Positions 9,675 to 19,084 of a stretch of DNA of 64,000 nt are shown here, in pieces. A program made the position numbers and the translations under genes. The stretch is taken from assembly GCA_018304425.1 (NCBI GenBank), contig JAGVWE010000002.1, positions 160,001 to 224,000 of the forward strand, written 5' to 3'. Source of the DNA: Candidatus Iainarchaeum sp. GTDB lineage: Archaea > Iainarchaeota > Iainarchaeia > Iainarchaeales > UBA10219. The notes under the pieces are model-generated. The model did not search any database and was not told the origin of the DNA. It was given only the letters and a program-made list of their open reading frames with translations. The stretch's first letter is position 1. Every line of letters starts with the position of its first letter.

Positions 9675-11288
9675 TTACTTGGCTCCAAACAAACCCAGGA
9701 TAAACGAAACAATGGAATCCAGGAAACTCTTGCGCGGCTGCAGGGGCTCGGAGGGGAACTCGGGCTGGCCGACCGAAGGCACGGGCTGCCCCTCATCGGG
9801 GGCCGCGGCGCGTATGCAGTCCCCATTCAGGCATTGCTCGCCTTCCCCGCACTTGACGTAGTAACACAAGTCCACCTTGGACACGCCCACGCTCAAGGCA
9901 TATCTCCCGCTGGCTATCCGGGAAACGCTGAAGTAAAGGGTCTGACCCTTTTCGGCGGCATAGGAGGCCGTGACCTCTTCCCGGGAAACGAAGGGCCGCA
10001 CGTTCAAGGGGTTAAGGGAAGCGTCAAAGAACTGCACGGAAAAGTCGGCTCCAGGGGAGGGAATGACTTTTACCTCGAGCTTCTCTCCCCGCTTGAGTTC
10101 CGCCTTGAAGACGTCCTTTTCGTCCGCGCCCCCCTCGCCGCCCACCAGCCAGTTCACCTCATAGAGGCCTGGTTCCACTCCGAACGCGTCCTCAAAGGAT
10201 TCCGGGGCATCCCCCCGGCCGTCCAAGTCAAACAGGGGCTGGACCTCGAACTTGGTAGTGCAGGTGAATTCCCGGAGCCAAGCCGATTCCGGGCCGACCT
10301 CGACGTACAAGGTCTGGTGAACCTTCGAGGAGTTGGTGGCCCAGGACAACAAGATTTCCTTGGCATCATCCTTTTCCTTCAAGGAAACGGACTGCTTGGC
10401 CAGCAAATCCCTGGCCTCGTTGTAAACGAATACCGCCGGGCTCGCCCGGTGCTTGGGCCCCCAGTAGAGGGGCCTGCAAGTCGAGCTCACGACGAGCTTT
10501 TCCCCGCCGTCGAGGACGAGCTTGAAAAAGTCCTTCAAGTTGTTCTTGGTGTACTTGCGCTCGAAGATACCAGCCTTCACCAGGGTGGCGGACTCAAAGC
10601 TGTCGCCCGGGGTTATTACCTTGCAGTCGCGCGTGCAGTTGTAGGCGTTCTCGAGCTCGTCGCAGGCCTTGTTGCCGCACGAGGCCAGTTCCCCGCAGTC
10701 CAGGGGACAATTGTAACTGGTTTCCAGGGGCGCGTTGCAGACGTCGTCACCGCAGGTGCTGGGCGCGCCACAATCCATGGCACAGTTGAAGCTGTCCTCG
10801 CGGCCGTCGCAGAGGCCGTCCCCACACCGGTACTGGGTCCGCTTGCAGTCGGCCAGACAATTGTAATGGTTTTCCTTGGCTTCGCAGACCGCGTTACCAC
10901 AGCTTTCCGCGTACCCGCAGTCGGTGGGGCAATTGTAGGAGTGCTCGCGTTCCTCGCACGAATTGTTCCCGCAGTCGGGCGGCAGTCCGCAGTCCAGGGG
11001 ACAGGAAAAGGAGTCCTCTTTGCCGATGCAGGCCGTGTCCCCGCACACCTCGAAGGCGCCGCAGTCCTCGGGGCAATTGGTCTTGTTTTCTTCGTTCGAG
11101 CAGACGTAGTCCCCGCAAAAAGCCGTCGAACGCGTGCAGTCCACGGGACAGCTCAGGGTGGATTCAAGGGAGTCACAGATGCCGTTGCCGCAACCGGCCG
11201 GCCGGGCCGTGCCATAGAGTTGCGCCGAAACCGCGACCGCGAGGAACAGGAAGGACAAGCCAAGGGCGAAAAGGTTGGAGCGGCGCAT
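9675..11288 (-). CDS. Secreted Cys-rich repeat surface protein
   Basis: Signal peptide MRRSNLFALGLSFLFLAVAVSA; eight CG(N/D)xxC...E....CxxDC repeats; two beta-rich domains; C-terminal amphipathic helix SFLDSIVSFILGLFG. Confidence 0.85.
   Translation of the reverse strand: MRRSNLFALGLSFLFLAVAVSAQLYGTARPAGCGNGICDSLESTLSCPVDCTRSTAFCGDYVCSNEENKTNCPEDCGAFEVCGDTACIGKEDSFSCPLDCGLPPDCGNNSCEEREHSYNCPTDCGYAESCGNAVCEAKENHYNCLADCKRTQYRCGDGLCDGREDSFNCAMDCGAPSTCGDDVCNAPLETSYNCPLDCGELASCGNKACDELENAYNCTRDCKVITPGDSFESATLVKAGIFERKYTKNNLKDFFKLVLDGGEKLVVSSTCRPLYWGPKHRASPAVFVYNEARDLLAKQSVSLKEKDDAKEILLSWATNSSKVHQTLYVEVGPESAWLREFTCTTKFEVQPLFDLDGRGDAPESFEDAFGVEPGLYEVNWLVGGEGGADEKDVFKAELKRGEKLEVKVIPSPGADFSVQFFDASLNPLNVRPFVSREEVTASYAAEKGQTLYFSVSRIASGRYALSVGVSKVDLCYYVKCGEGEQCLNGDCIRAAAPDEGQPVPSVGQPEFPSEPLQPRKSFLDSIVSFILGLFGAK
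10623..11192 (-). repeat. Eight tandem 24-25 aa Cys-rich protein repeats (4 Cys each)
   Basis: CGNGICDSLESTLSCPVDC, CGDYVCSNEENKTNCPEDC ... CGNKACDELENAYNCTRDC. Confidence 0.9.
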
Positions 11289-11445
11289 AAACGTCACTAA
11301 CAATATATATTTGTCATTAATAAATATATCGAGTTCGTAAGGTTGGCCACGTGTTTTAGCCGACCAAACGGCCCAATAGGTAGCCTTTTATTGGGGTTTG
11401 GCGTAAATAGTCCAGGAAAAAATTTCTTTCAAGGGAGGAAAGAAC

Positions 11446-11994
11446 ATGGTTTTGATGCTAATCGCGGGACTTCTCGTCGTGGCGGCGTTGGCCGTCGTGC
11501 TCGTCTACAACGGTTTGGTCACCGTCCGGAACCGGGTGGACAACGCCTGGAGCCAGATTGACGTGCAGTTGAAGCGGCGGACGGACCTGATTCCGAACCT
11601 CGTGGAAACCGTGAAAGGCTATATGACGCACGAGCGGCAGACCCTGGAAGCCGTCACCAACGCGCGCGCGGCCCTGGTCAAGGCCGGCAGCGTCGCCGAC
11701 AAAGCCCAGGCCGACAACATGCTCACGCAGGCGCTGAAAACCGTGTTCGCGGTCGCGGAAAGCTACCCTGATTTGAAGGCCAACCAGAACTTCATGCTGC
11801 TGCAAGAAGAACTGGCCGGCACCGAAAGCAAGATAGCCTATGCCCGGCAGTTCTACAACGACAGCGTGCTGGGCTACAACAACTCGATTCAAACCGTGCC
11901 CAGCAACATCGTGGCCGACATGTTCGGGTTCAAGGCCAAGGACTTCTTCCAGATACCGGAAGGCGAGCGCGCGGCCGTGAAGGTCTCCTTCTAA
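11446..11994 (+). CDS. lemA: LemA family protein
   Basis: N-terminal TM; [35 protein letters not shown]; [15 protein letters not shown]; ARQFYN. Confidence 0.96.
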   Translation: MVLMLIAGLLVVAALAVVLVYNGLVTVRNRVDNAWSQIDVQLKRRTDLIPNLVETVKGYMTHERQTLEAVTNARAALVKAGSVADKAQADNMLTQALKTVFAVAESYPDLKANQNFMLLQEELAGTESKIAYARQFYNDSVLGYNNSIQTVPSNIVADMFGFKAKDFFQIPEGERAAVKVSF

Positions 11995-12034
11995 CCCCGT
12001 GCCAGAGGCCAAGCGGTTGGACAGGTGAAAGAAA

Positions 12035-12919
12035 ATGTGGGAAGCCGAGGCGGCCAACAAGCGGAACTCCCTTCTCTTGGTGCTGGTCTTCTTCGCCTGC
12101 ATCTACGTGCTGGCCTGGGTGTTCAGCGAGGTAAGCGGTTTTGGCAGCTTTGGCCTGGTCTTGGCCGGAATCATCGCCATCGGCTCGACTGTGGGCTCGT
12201 ATTACTTCAGCGACAAAATCATCCTGGCCTTGAGCCAGGCGAAACCCGTTGAAAAACAGCAGAACCCCTACTTGTACAACGTCATCGAGGGCCTGGCGAT
12301 TGCCGCCGGCATACCGAAGCCCCGCGCGTACCTCATCGAGGACACCGCGCCCAACGCCTTCGCCACGGGAAGGGACCCCGAACACGCCATCATCGTGGTG
12401 ACCACGGGGCTGCTGCAGAAACTCAACCGGACCGAACTCGAGGGAGTCATCGCCCACGAAATGTCGCACATAAAAAACTTCGACATCCGCTTCATGATGT
12501 ACGTCGCGGTCATGGTGGGAGTCATTGCCCTGCTCAGCGACTGGATTCTGAGGAGCGCGTTTCACCGGAAAAGCGACCGGGGCGGCGGACGCGGCACCCT
12601 GCTCCTGCTGGTCATCGGCATCGCCTTCGCCGTCCTCGCCCCCTTGTTCGCCACGCTCATCAAGCTCGCGATTTCCAGGCAACGCGAGTTCCTGGCCGAT
12701 GCCTCGGGTTCCCTGTTGACGCGTTACCCGGAGGGACTGGCTTCCGCGCTTGAAAAGATTTCCGGCGACAAGGAGCCCCTGGAGGCGGCCAACCGCGCCA
12801 CCGCCCACCTGTACATCGTCAACCCCTTCAAGGACGTGGGAGGGCTCGCAGCCGGCCTGCTTTCAACGCACCCCGCCATCGAGGAAAGGGTCAAGCGGTT
12901 GAGAAGCCGGTTGACGTAA
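12035..12919 (+). CDS. htpX: Membrane zinc metalloprotease HtpX (M48)
   Basis: PNAFATG, ELEGVIAHEMSH, ISRQREFLAD, STHP..EER; lemA-htpX pair. Confidence 0.95.
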   Translation: MWEAEAANKRNSLLLVLVFFACIYVLAWVFSEVSGFGSFGLVLAGIIAIGSTVGSYYFSDKIILALSQAKPVEKQQNPYLYNVIEGLAIAAGIPKPRAYLIEDTAPNAFATGRDPEHAIIVVTTGLLQKLNRTELEGVIAHEMSHIKNFDIRFMMYVAVMVGVIALLSDWILRSAFHRKSDRGGGRGTLLLLVIGIAFAVLAPLFATLIKLAISRQREFLADASGSLLTRYPEGLASALEKISGDKEPLEAANRATAHLYIVNPFKDVGGLAAGLLSTHPAIEERVKRLRSRLT

Positions 12920-12934
12920 ATTAGTGCAAGGCCA

Positions 12935-13330
12935 TCAATCGAACAGCGTGCGGCCTTGCCAGACCCGTACCTGGTTGCGGGAAATCATTTTCGCGGAAAT
13001 CAAGCCCATGATTTGGCCGGCCTTGTCAGTAACCGCGAGATGGCGGATGTCGTGTTTTTCCATGAGCTTGCCGGCGTCCATGACGCCTTGCTCGCCGTCA
13101 ATGGAAATGACCGGGCAATGCATGACTATCTTGACCTTGGTCCGGCTGACGTCCACGCATTTTGCGACGAACCGGAGCAGGTCGCGTTCGGTGACGATGC
13201 CTTGGACTTCCTCTTTTTTCCCGACCAGGGCCGCGCTGACCTTCTTCCCAAGCATCAACTCCGCGGCCTCCGACACCGAGGCATCCGGGGAAAGGTAGTG
13301 CGCGGCGCGGGTGAGGTCCTTCACCTTCAT
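12935..13330 (-). CDS. CBS domain pair protein
   Basis: SVSEAAELM, GIVTERDLL, LMEKHDIRHLAV..GLIS. Confidence 0.9.
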   Translation of the reverse strand: MKVKDLTRAAHYLSPDASVSEAAELMLGKKVSAALVGKKEEVQGIVTERDLLRFVAKCVDVSRTKVKIVMHCPVISIDGEQGVMDAGKLMEKHDIRHLAVTDKAGQIMGLISAKMISRNQVRVWQGRTLFD

Positions 13331-13405
13331 GCAGGCATATAGGGGAAAACCGGAATTTATGCCTTTCCCCCAAGGTATTTAAAGGGTTGGAAGCACGTGC
13401 CTTGC

Positions 13406-14260
13406 ATGGCATCCAAGAAAGCCGCGCTATTGATTGTCGCGGCCGCCGCCATCTTTGCGACCAACGGCTTGTACGTGCGGTTCCTGGACCTTCCGGTTGA
13501 AGCGCTGGCCGCTGGCCGGTTGTTCGTGGGAGCAACCGCGCTCTACGTGTACTACCGTTTCACGGGCAAAAGCCTCCGCATCAAAAGCGTGGACGGGGCC
13601 AGGCTCTTGTTCGCCGCCGCCTTGTTCAACGCCCTCGCGTTCTACACCAACTTCGCGGCCTACGCCCTCCTCTCCGTGGCCATGGCCACGGTGCTGCTCT
13701 ACACGTCCTCGTTTTTCTCCGTGGTCCTCGAACACTTCTTCGTCAAGGAAAAGCGGCTCCGCAAAGAAAACTGGCTCGCGGTCTTCCTCGGCTTGGCCGG
13801 GGTGGGCATCATCGCCTACGGCCATGGCCTCGGAACCGGCTTTCAAGCGAACGCTGGCCTCTTCGTTGGCCTGGCTTCGGGCGTGGCCTATGCCTGCACC
13901 ATGGTGTTGGCCAAGAAATCCATCAAAGCCAATGGATGCGAGCAAACCACCTTCTACTACGTGCTCGTGGCCGGCCTCCTGCTGGCGCCCTTTGCCCTAA
14001 TAGCCCATCCCAGGTTCACGCTGGAGACCCTGGGCTGGCTGGCCGTGTTCGGAGTCGTGAACAGCTTTGTGGGGGTCAGCATGCTCTTGCGCGGCCTCAA
14101 AGCCGTCAAGCCCCACCACGCCATCATCCTGGTCTCCCTGGAAATGGTGTTCGCTGCCGTCTACGCCTGGCTGCTGCTCGGCGAAGCCATCACCCCTCAC
14201 GTGGCCGTGGGCGGGGCATTGATTGTTGTGGCCGCCTATTTGGCGGAAAAAGAGGGTTGA
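13406..14260 (+). CDS. EamA/DMT family transporter
   Basis: About 10 TM segments in two repeats; A.VLLYTS, LEMVFA...AWLLLGE. Confidence 0.9.
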   Translation: MASKKAALLIVAAAAIFATNGLYVRFLDLPVEALAAGRLFVGATALYVYYRFTGKSLRIKSVDGARLLFAAALFNALAFYTNFAAYALLSVAMATVLLYTSSFFSVVLEHFFVKEKRLRKENWLAVFLGLAGVGIIAYGHGLGTGFQANAGLFVGLASGVAYACTMVLAKKSIKANGCEQTTFYYVLVAGLLLAPFALIAHPRFTLETLGWLAVFGVVNSFVGVSMLLRGLKAVKPHHAIILVSLEMVFAAVYAWLLLGEAITPHVAVGGALIVVAAYLAEKEG

Positions 14261-14261
14261 A

Positions 14262-15008
14262 TTAGTCCGACTCGATGCGCGGCGCCAGGAAATAGGTTAT
14301 CGTAGACGCGCCGATGGGGTACGCGATTTTGACGGGCGCGCTGGACTTGAGGCAGACGCTGACGCTGGTCGCGGAGTCAGCGGATTTCAGCATGTTCTGG
14401 AGGTAGTCCAAGGGGAACATCGCTGCCGCGTCCTTCTTGGCCTTTATTTCCTTGACGGACTTGTCCTTCTTGGACAACTCGTTGTTGAGGGTTCCCTTGC
14501 TGGAATGGGCTTTCACGTAGAAGGCCGCGCCGTCCGTGCCCAGGGAAACGTGGCTGGAAATCAGCGAGGCGTCCTTCAAGGAGTCCTGCAACGAGCCCGC
14601 GGCCACGATTATTTCGGCGTCGAAATCGATTTTGGGCGAGGGAAGCTCGGCAGCCGAAACGTCAATCAAGGGAATGGAGAACCGCCGCGTGCCCTCTCCC
14701 TTGAACACGATGTGGAGGCGCGAGTTGTCCTTTTCGAGCGCGAGCTCCAATGCATCCTTGGACTTCGCGCGCGCCATGATCTGGGAGAGGTAATTCAGGT
14801 CGAGGCCGAGCTTGACGAGGCTCGGCACCTTGAACTCCTTGAACGCGTTCTTGTCCAGGAAAAAGTCCACCATCGAAATCTGGGAGGGGTCGGTTGCCTT
14901 CAACGCGAACCCCTTCTGGTCCACGATGAACTCGGCTTCGTCGATGAGCACGGCGATGGCGTCCACCGCGCGCTTGAACAACCCGGCATCCTCAAAAACG
15001 AGTTCCAT
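14262..15008 (-). CDS. pcn: DNA polymerase sliding clamp PCNA (paralog 2)
   Basis: 248 aa; LIDEAEF, KATDPSQISMVD, GLDL.YL..IM.R, FSIPLID, canonical C-terminal YFLAPRIE. Confidence 0.95.
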   Translation of the reverse strand: MELVFEDAGLFKRAVDAIAVLIDEAEFIVDQKGFALKATDPSQISMVDFFLDKNAFKEFKVPSLVKLGLDLNYLSQIMARAKSKDALELALEKDNSRLHIVFKGEGTRRFSIPLIDVSAAELPSPKIDFDAEIIVAAGSLQDSLKDASLISSHVSLGTDGAAFYVKAHSSKGTLNNELSKKDKSVKEIKAKKDAAAMFPLDYLQNMLKSADSATSVSVCLKSSAPVKIAYPIGASTITYFLAPRIESD

Positions 15009-15056
15009 GCTCTTTTTCTCCGACTAACCCATTGGCTTCGGCAACCCTTTAAAACC

Positions 15057-15935
15057 CTATGGGAACGGGCATCTCCCGTTGACGTAACAACCGGAAACCA
15101 GGTTCTTGGGCACGTCGAAGACCAGGAGCTTGACCCAGCCCAGGAAGGGAACGCGGAGCACCATCTTGCCCTGCACTTCCGATGCCGGCACCGCGTACTG
15201 GGTGATGTGGGTTTCCTGGTCAATCAAGGGGTTGTGGGCGCTGTCCCCCTTGGTGAGGAAGTACACCCCATCGCGGGCCCTGAGCTTGGCGATGACGCGG
15301 TGGATGATGGGTTCCTGCAAGGCCTGCGAGAAGTAAACGATGACGTCGCCCTCCCGGTTCAATTCCAGGGCCTGCCCGTCCGAGAACCGGAGTTCCTTCA
15401 CCGAAAAATCGGTGTCCTTGGCCCTGCGCTGGGCAAGCAAGGCCAGGAAGGACTCACAGGGAACCAAAGAAGCCGAGTCAAAGGCGTTGCCCGAGCAACG
15501 GCTTTGAAGATAGGAACGCGCGGGAACCCCTTGAAGCGGCAAGTCCAAGACGAGTTCCTGGGCACGCACCTGCTCGGGGCCCGCGCCCACCAAGACGATG
15601 ACGTCGCCCCGGAAAAAAACCGGCTCCATGGAACCCGACACCACGATGACCATGGGCGAGGGCGTGCCCAACAACAACCCCAAGCCGTTGTAGAGCGTGA
15701 ACGCGAACAAGAAGGCGAAAAAGACGTAGACGGCCCAGGAAACCAGCTTGTCGTTGCCGGGGTTGACGCGCGGCATGACGAAGAGGTCAACGTACGTGAA
15801 GGGGTCCAGCCATTTGAGTTTTTTGCGGAACGACTTGAGTCTTTCACGGAATGCCTTGAAGTCCATGGGGTCACGACCGCGTGGCTTGCGGTTTGGGGGA
15901 AGCGGTTTGAAGGAAGGACGCCTGGCGCCAGTCAT
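15057..15935 (-). CDS. sec11: Signal peptidase I (archaeal Sec11, S26B) with internal insertion
   Basis: VVSGSMEP..RGD, IIHRV, TKGD.....D, VPFLGW. Start uncertain: 15935 with GGAGG SD, or 15866. Confidence 0.9.
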   Translation of the reverse strand: MTGARRPSFKPLPPNRKPRGRDPMDFKAFRERLKSFRKKLKWLDPFTYVDLFVMPRVNPGNDKLVSWAVYVFFAFLFAFTLYNGLGLLLGTPSPMVIVVSGSMEPVFFRGDVIVLVGAGPEQVRAQELVLDLPLQGVPARSYLQSRCSGNAFDSASLVPCESFLALLAQRRAKDTDFSVKELRFSDGQALELNREGDVIVYFSQALQEPIIHRVIAKLRARDGVYFLTKGDSAHNPLIDQETHITQYAVPASEVQGKMVLRVPFLGWVKLLVFDVPKNLVSGCYVNGRCPFP

Positions 15936-15957
15936 TGGAGGGCCTCCCTCGAAGGCC

Positions 15958-16233
15958 TCATTTGAGGGCCTTTTTGACCGCGTTCCCGAATTCCTTGAGC
16001 TCGTCCTCGATGGCATCACAGGCCTCGGACAACGCCTTCTTCGCCGAAACGCCCTTGGTCTTTAAGACGAACTTCGTGTCCTTGTCCATGGGATGCCCCA
16101 AGGCATACGAGGCAAAAGTCACGGCCTCGTTGTTCAACAACCTGGACTGGAGCAGGGCCGGAAAAGTATGCCGCTCGTCCTTGAGAATGAACTCGACGTG
16201 GTTTGGCTCGTTCTTGACTAACTCCAACTGCAT
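15958..16233 (-). CDS. rpoL: RNA polymerase subunit Rpo11 (L)
   Basis: DERHTF..LL...L, V.FASY...HP; follows csl4. Confidence 0.93.
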   Translation of the reverse strand: MQLELVKNEPNHVEFILKDERHTFPALLQSRLLNNEAVTFASYALGHPMDKDTKFVLKTKGVSAKKALSEACDAIEDELKEFGNAVKKALK

Positions 16234-16244
16234 GCACGCCCCTC

Positions 16245-16811
16245 CTAGGTAAGCAAATAATGAGTGGAAATCTTGCGGGTCTCGGGATTGCCGCAGGCCA
16301 CGCACTTGAGCTGCTGGTCGAACAACTGCAACGGGCCCCGGCACTTCACGCAGTAACCGCGGATGACGCCGAACTCGGGTTCCTTGGTGGACAAGTCGAT
16401 GCCGTACGGCGTTACTTCCGCGACCTTGGCCTCAATGATGTCGCCCACGCGGAACAAGTCGTTCAAGCGCTCCACGAACCGCATGCTCGCGTTGAAGACC
16501 GGAATGGTGGCGAAAGAGTTCAGGATCTGCCTGGGCTCGCCGTCCTTCGAGGCCTCCAGCATTTCCACCATCACCATCTTTTCCTTGATGAGGCTGGCCA
16601 CGCACTTGACGACGGAACCCCTTTCCAGGGGCTTGACTTCCCGGGTCAGCCGCTGCACGCGGGCTTCGTGGTTTCCCTCGTCCAGGTCCTTGAAGCCGAT
16701 GGAAGTGGCGCGCACGCTGCCGTCCACGTGTTCATAGGCGTTGTCGCCTGCGACGAATTCCTCAGCCGTTCCCAGCGGGCTGCCGGGAACCACCAGTTCT
16801 TTTACCTTCAT
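16245..16811 (-). CDS. csl4: Exosome RNA-binding protein Csl4
   Basis: VVPG..LGTAEEF.AG.N.Y; S1 domain FRVGDII.AKV; Zn ribbon C..C...C..CG..E.RKIS. Confidence 0.93.
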   Translation of the reverse strand: MKVKELVVPGSPLGTAEEFVAGDNAYEHVDGSVRATSIGFKDLDEGNHEARVQRLTREVKPLERGSVVKCVASLIKEKMVMVEMLEASKDGEPRQILNSFATIPVFNASMRFVERLNDLFRVGDIIEAKVAEVTPYGIDLSTKEPEFGVIRGYCVKCRGPLQLFDQQLKCVACGNPETRKISTHYLLT

Positions 16812-16917
16812 GAAAACACCCTGCTGAAACGAAAAAAGAGCCAATAACCGCCTTTTAACCAATTACGGTAGGGAAACGATTTTAAACCAGCGTGTTGTAA
16901 TCCTTTCGGGCACGCAA

Positions 16918-17817
16918 ATGGTGTTGGAAGACATTGTAACCGACCGGATGGCCAGAAAGCACCCCATTGACCTCTTGTTCGTGTCCATCCTGATGTCCTC
17001 GATAGCCATTTGGGGCAGCTACTACATATTCAAGGAAACCACGAGCATCCTGAGCCTGGCCTTCATCACCATGGGGTTGATGCCGTTAATTCACAGCATC
17101 TTCGTGGAAGAAGAGGAAGAAGAAGCCGAAGAACAGGGCCCCGCGGCAGCGTTCCTCGCCCGGCACTTCGACATAATAAAGATTTTGTCCTGGTTCTTCC
17201 TCGGCCTGGTCCTCAGCTACGCCTTCTGGTACGCCACCCTCCCCACCGACAAAGAACAACTCTGTCTGGGCGACACCTGCTTCCCCGCGCCCCTCCGCCA
17301 AAAAGTGTTCGCCGAACAGGAAAAGACCTACAACTTCATCGCGGGAAAGGTCACGGGGCTCGACGCTGCGGCTGCGGGCAACGCGACCCGGGAATCCTGC
17401 CTCGGAAAAGCCCGTGACCTATGGGGGTGCACGGAATTCATTTACGCCAACAACGCCATCGTCCTGGGCCTGGCCATCCTTTTCTCCTTCGTGTGGGGCG
17501 CGGGAACCCTGTTCCTGCTCGGCTGGAACGCGTCCGTCATCGGGGTGTTCATCGGCAAGGAACTCCAAGAGAACGGCCTGGTATCCGGCATCCTCAAGGC
17601 CTTCGGCTACATCCCCCACGGCCTGCCCGAAGTCCTGGCCTACTTCATCGGCTCCATCGCGGGCGGCATCATCTCGGTCTTCATCACCAAGAAAAAATAC
17701 CAGCTCCACGAACCCCAGCAAATCGTGAAAGACGTGCTGTTCCTGCTCCTGCTCGCCTACCTCGTGCTGTTCCTCGGGGCCGTGGTGGAAGCGTACTTCA
17801 TCGTGCAGGGCGCGTAA
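16918..17817 (+). CDS. SpoIIM/DUF95 family membrane protein
   Basis: IYANN, WNASVIG, IPHGLPE, GAVVE motifs; multiple TM segments. Confidence 0.85.
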   Translation: MVLEDIVTDRMARKHPIDLLFVSILMSSIAIWGSYYIFKETTSILSLAFITMGLMPLIHSIFVEEEEEEAEEQGPAAAFLARHFDIIKILSWFFLGLVLSYAFWYATLPTDKEQLCLGDTCFPAPLRQKVFAEQEKTYNFIAGKVTGLDAAAAGNATRESCLGKARDLWGCTEFIYANNAIVLGLAILFSFVWGAGTLFLLGWNASVIGVFIGKELQENGLVSGILKAFGYIPHGLPEVLAYFIGSIAGGIISVFITKKKYQLHEPQQIVKDVLFLLLLAYLVLFLGAVVEAYFIVQGA

Positions 17818-17823
17818 AAGGAG

Positions 17824-18969
17824 TTATTGCTTGCCTGCCTTCTTCTTGGCCTTCTTTTTCCCGTTGCCTTTTCCCTTGCCCTTTTTCCCGTTCCTGCCGC
17901 GCCGCGAGGCCTCTTTCTTTAAGGCAGCGGCCAGGAGGGGCGCGTACCTGGCCACCAGCTGCTCATCGGATTGCGCGGATGCGGCCTCGGGCTGCGCGGC
18001 TACGCTGGCGCCCAGCTTGCCCGAAATCTGCGCGGCGAGCTTCGAGATTTCCATGGGGAAAACGATTTTCGTGGACTTTCCTTCGGACATCTTTTCGAGG
18101 GCCTTGATGTAATAATAGGAAATGGCCTTGTCCGACAGGTGCTCCGCGGCCTCCTTGACGGCGTCGATTTCCGCCTTGTGGGCCTCGGCCTCCTCCATGC
18201 GCGCCAGCTTCTTCTGCACCGCCGCCTTCTCCTCGTGCATGGCGTCCAGCACGGCCTTGGGGATGTCGATGTCCCTTATCTCCACGGACTGGATTTCCAC
18301 GCCCCAGCCGTGGGCCACCTTTTCCAGCGTGGCCTGGATGCGGCTGTTCAGCTCGTCGACGTTGGAAATGAGTTCCCGCATGGTGAGGGTGCCGCCCACG
18401 TCACGGATTTCCGAGACCACGTAGAGTTCGGCCGCCCGCTTGTAGTCCTCGACCTTGACAACGGAGTTGATGACCGACCTTGGCTCGTCCCGCACCCGCA
18501 AGTAGATGACGGCGTCAATCTTTACCTCGATGCCGTCCTTCGTGACCACGTCCTGCTTGGGGATGTCCACTATTTGGGTCCGCAACTCAACGGTTTCATA
18601 GGTTTCAATGGGCGGCAACAACAGGCACCAGCCCGGGCCCCCCACGCGGTTCACCCTCCCGAAGCGGGAGATGACCGCGCGCTCGTAGTCCGAGAGCGTC
18701 AACAGGAAGTCAAAACGCCACAGCATGAAAACCGCGAATGCCGCGAAGACGAGGGGCACGAGGTTCTGCGCCAAAAAGTTCTGGTTGCCCAGCGCCAAAA
18801 AAAGCACCAAGGCCAAAAGCAGGAGGACCCCCACGAAAACGGCTTCCTTGGGCTTCCTGGTGCCCTCCTTGTGGCCGTGGCCATGGCCGTGGCCGGCCCC
18901 GGCTGGGGCGCCGTGGCTGCCGTGCCCGCCTCCGTAGCCTGAATGGCCGTGTGTTTCCGCCAAAACCAT
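17824..18969 (-). CDS. SPFH/band 7 (stomatin-like) protein with His-rich N-terminus
   Basis: YERAVI.RFGR...VGGPG, ELRTQ.VDIP.Q.VVTKD, WGVEI..VEI.DI; MVLAETHGHSG...HGHGHGH; Lys-rich tail. Confidence 0.92.
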   Translation of the reverse strand: MVLAETHGHSGYGGGHGSHGAPAGAGHGHGHGHKEGTRKPKEAVFVGVLLLLALVLFLALGNQNFLAQNLVPLVFAAFAVFMLWRFDFLLTLSDYERAVISRFGRVNRVGGPGWCLLLPPIETYETVELRTQIVDIPKQDVVTKDGIEVKIDAVIYLRVRDEPRSVINSVVKVEDYKRAAELYVVSEIRDVGGTLTMRELISNVDELNSRIQATLEKVAHGWGVEIQSVEIRDIDIPKAVLDAMHEEKAAVQKKLARMEEAEAHKAEIDAVKEAAEHLSDKAISYYYIKALEKMSEGKSTKIVFPMEISKLAAQISGKLGASVAAQPEAASAQSDEQLVARYAPLLAAALKKEASRRGRNGKKGKGKGNGKKKAKKKAGKQ

Positions 18970-19084
18970 CCCACACAATACGTCAAATGCCCTCAACCGG
19001 CCCGGCAAGGGCCAATAAATTAATATACGTGCCTCCCCTATATAAATAATTGCCTGCCGACCAAGAAAGGCAAGGAACCATGGA

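Noticed and set aside
10623-11192. Periodic ~72-nt DNA pattern considered as a CRISPR array
   Set aside because: The repeats are degenerate at codon level and encode Cys-rich protein repeats; there is no identical repeat/spacer structure and no cas genes.
6798-11300. Long plus-strand ORFs 6798-8942 and 8994-11300 (also 14223-15965, 22804-24333, 60123-61928, and minus-strand 18983-20686)
   Set aside because: Antisense shadows of well-supported genes in GC-rich DNA, with no recognisable motifs.
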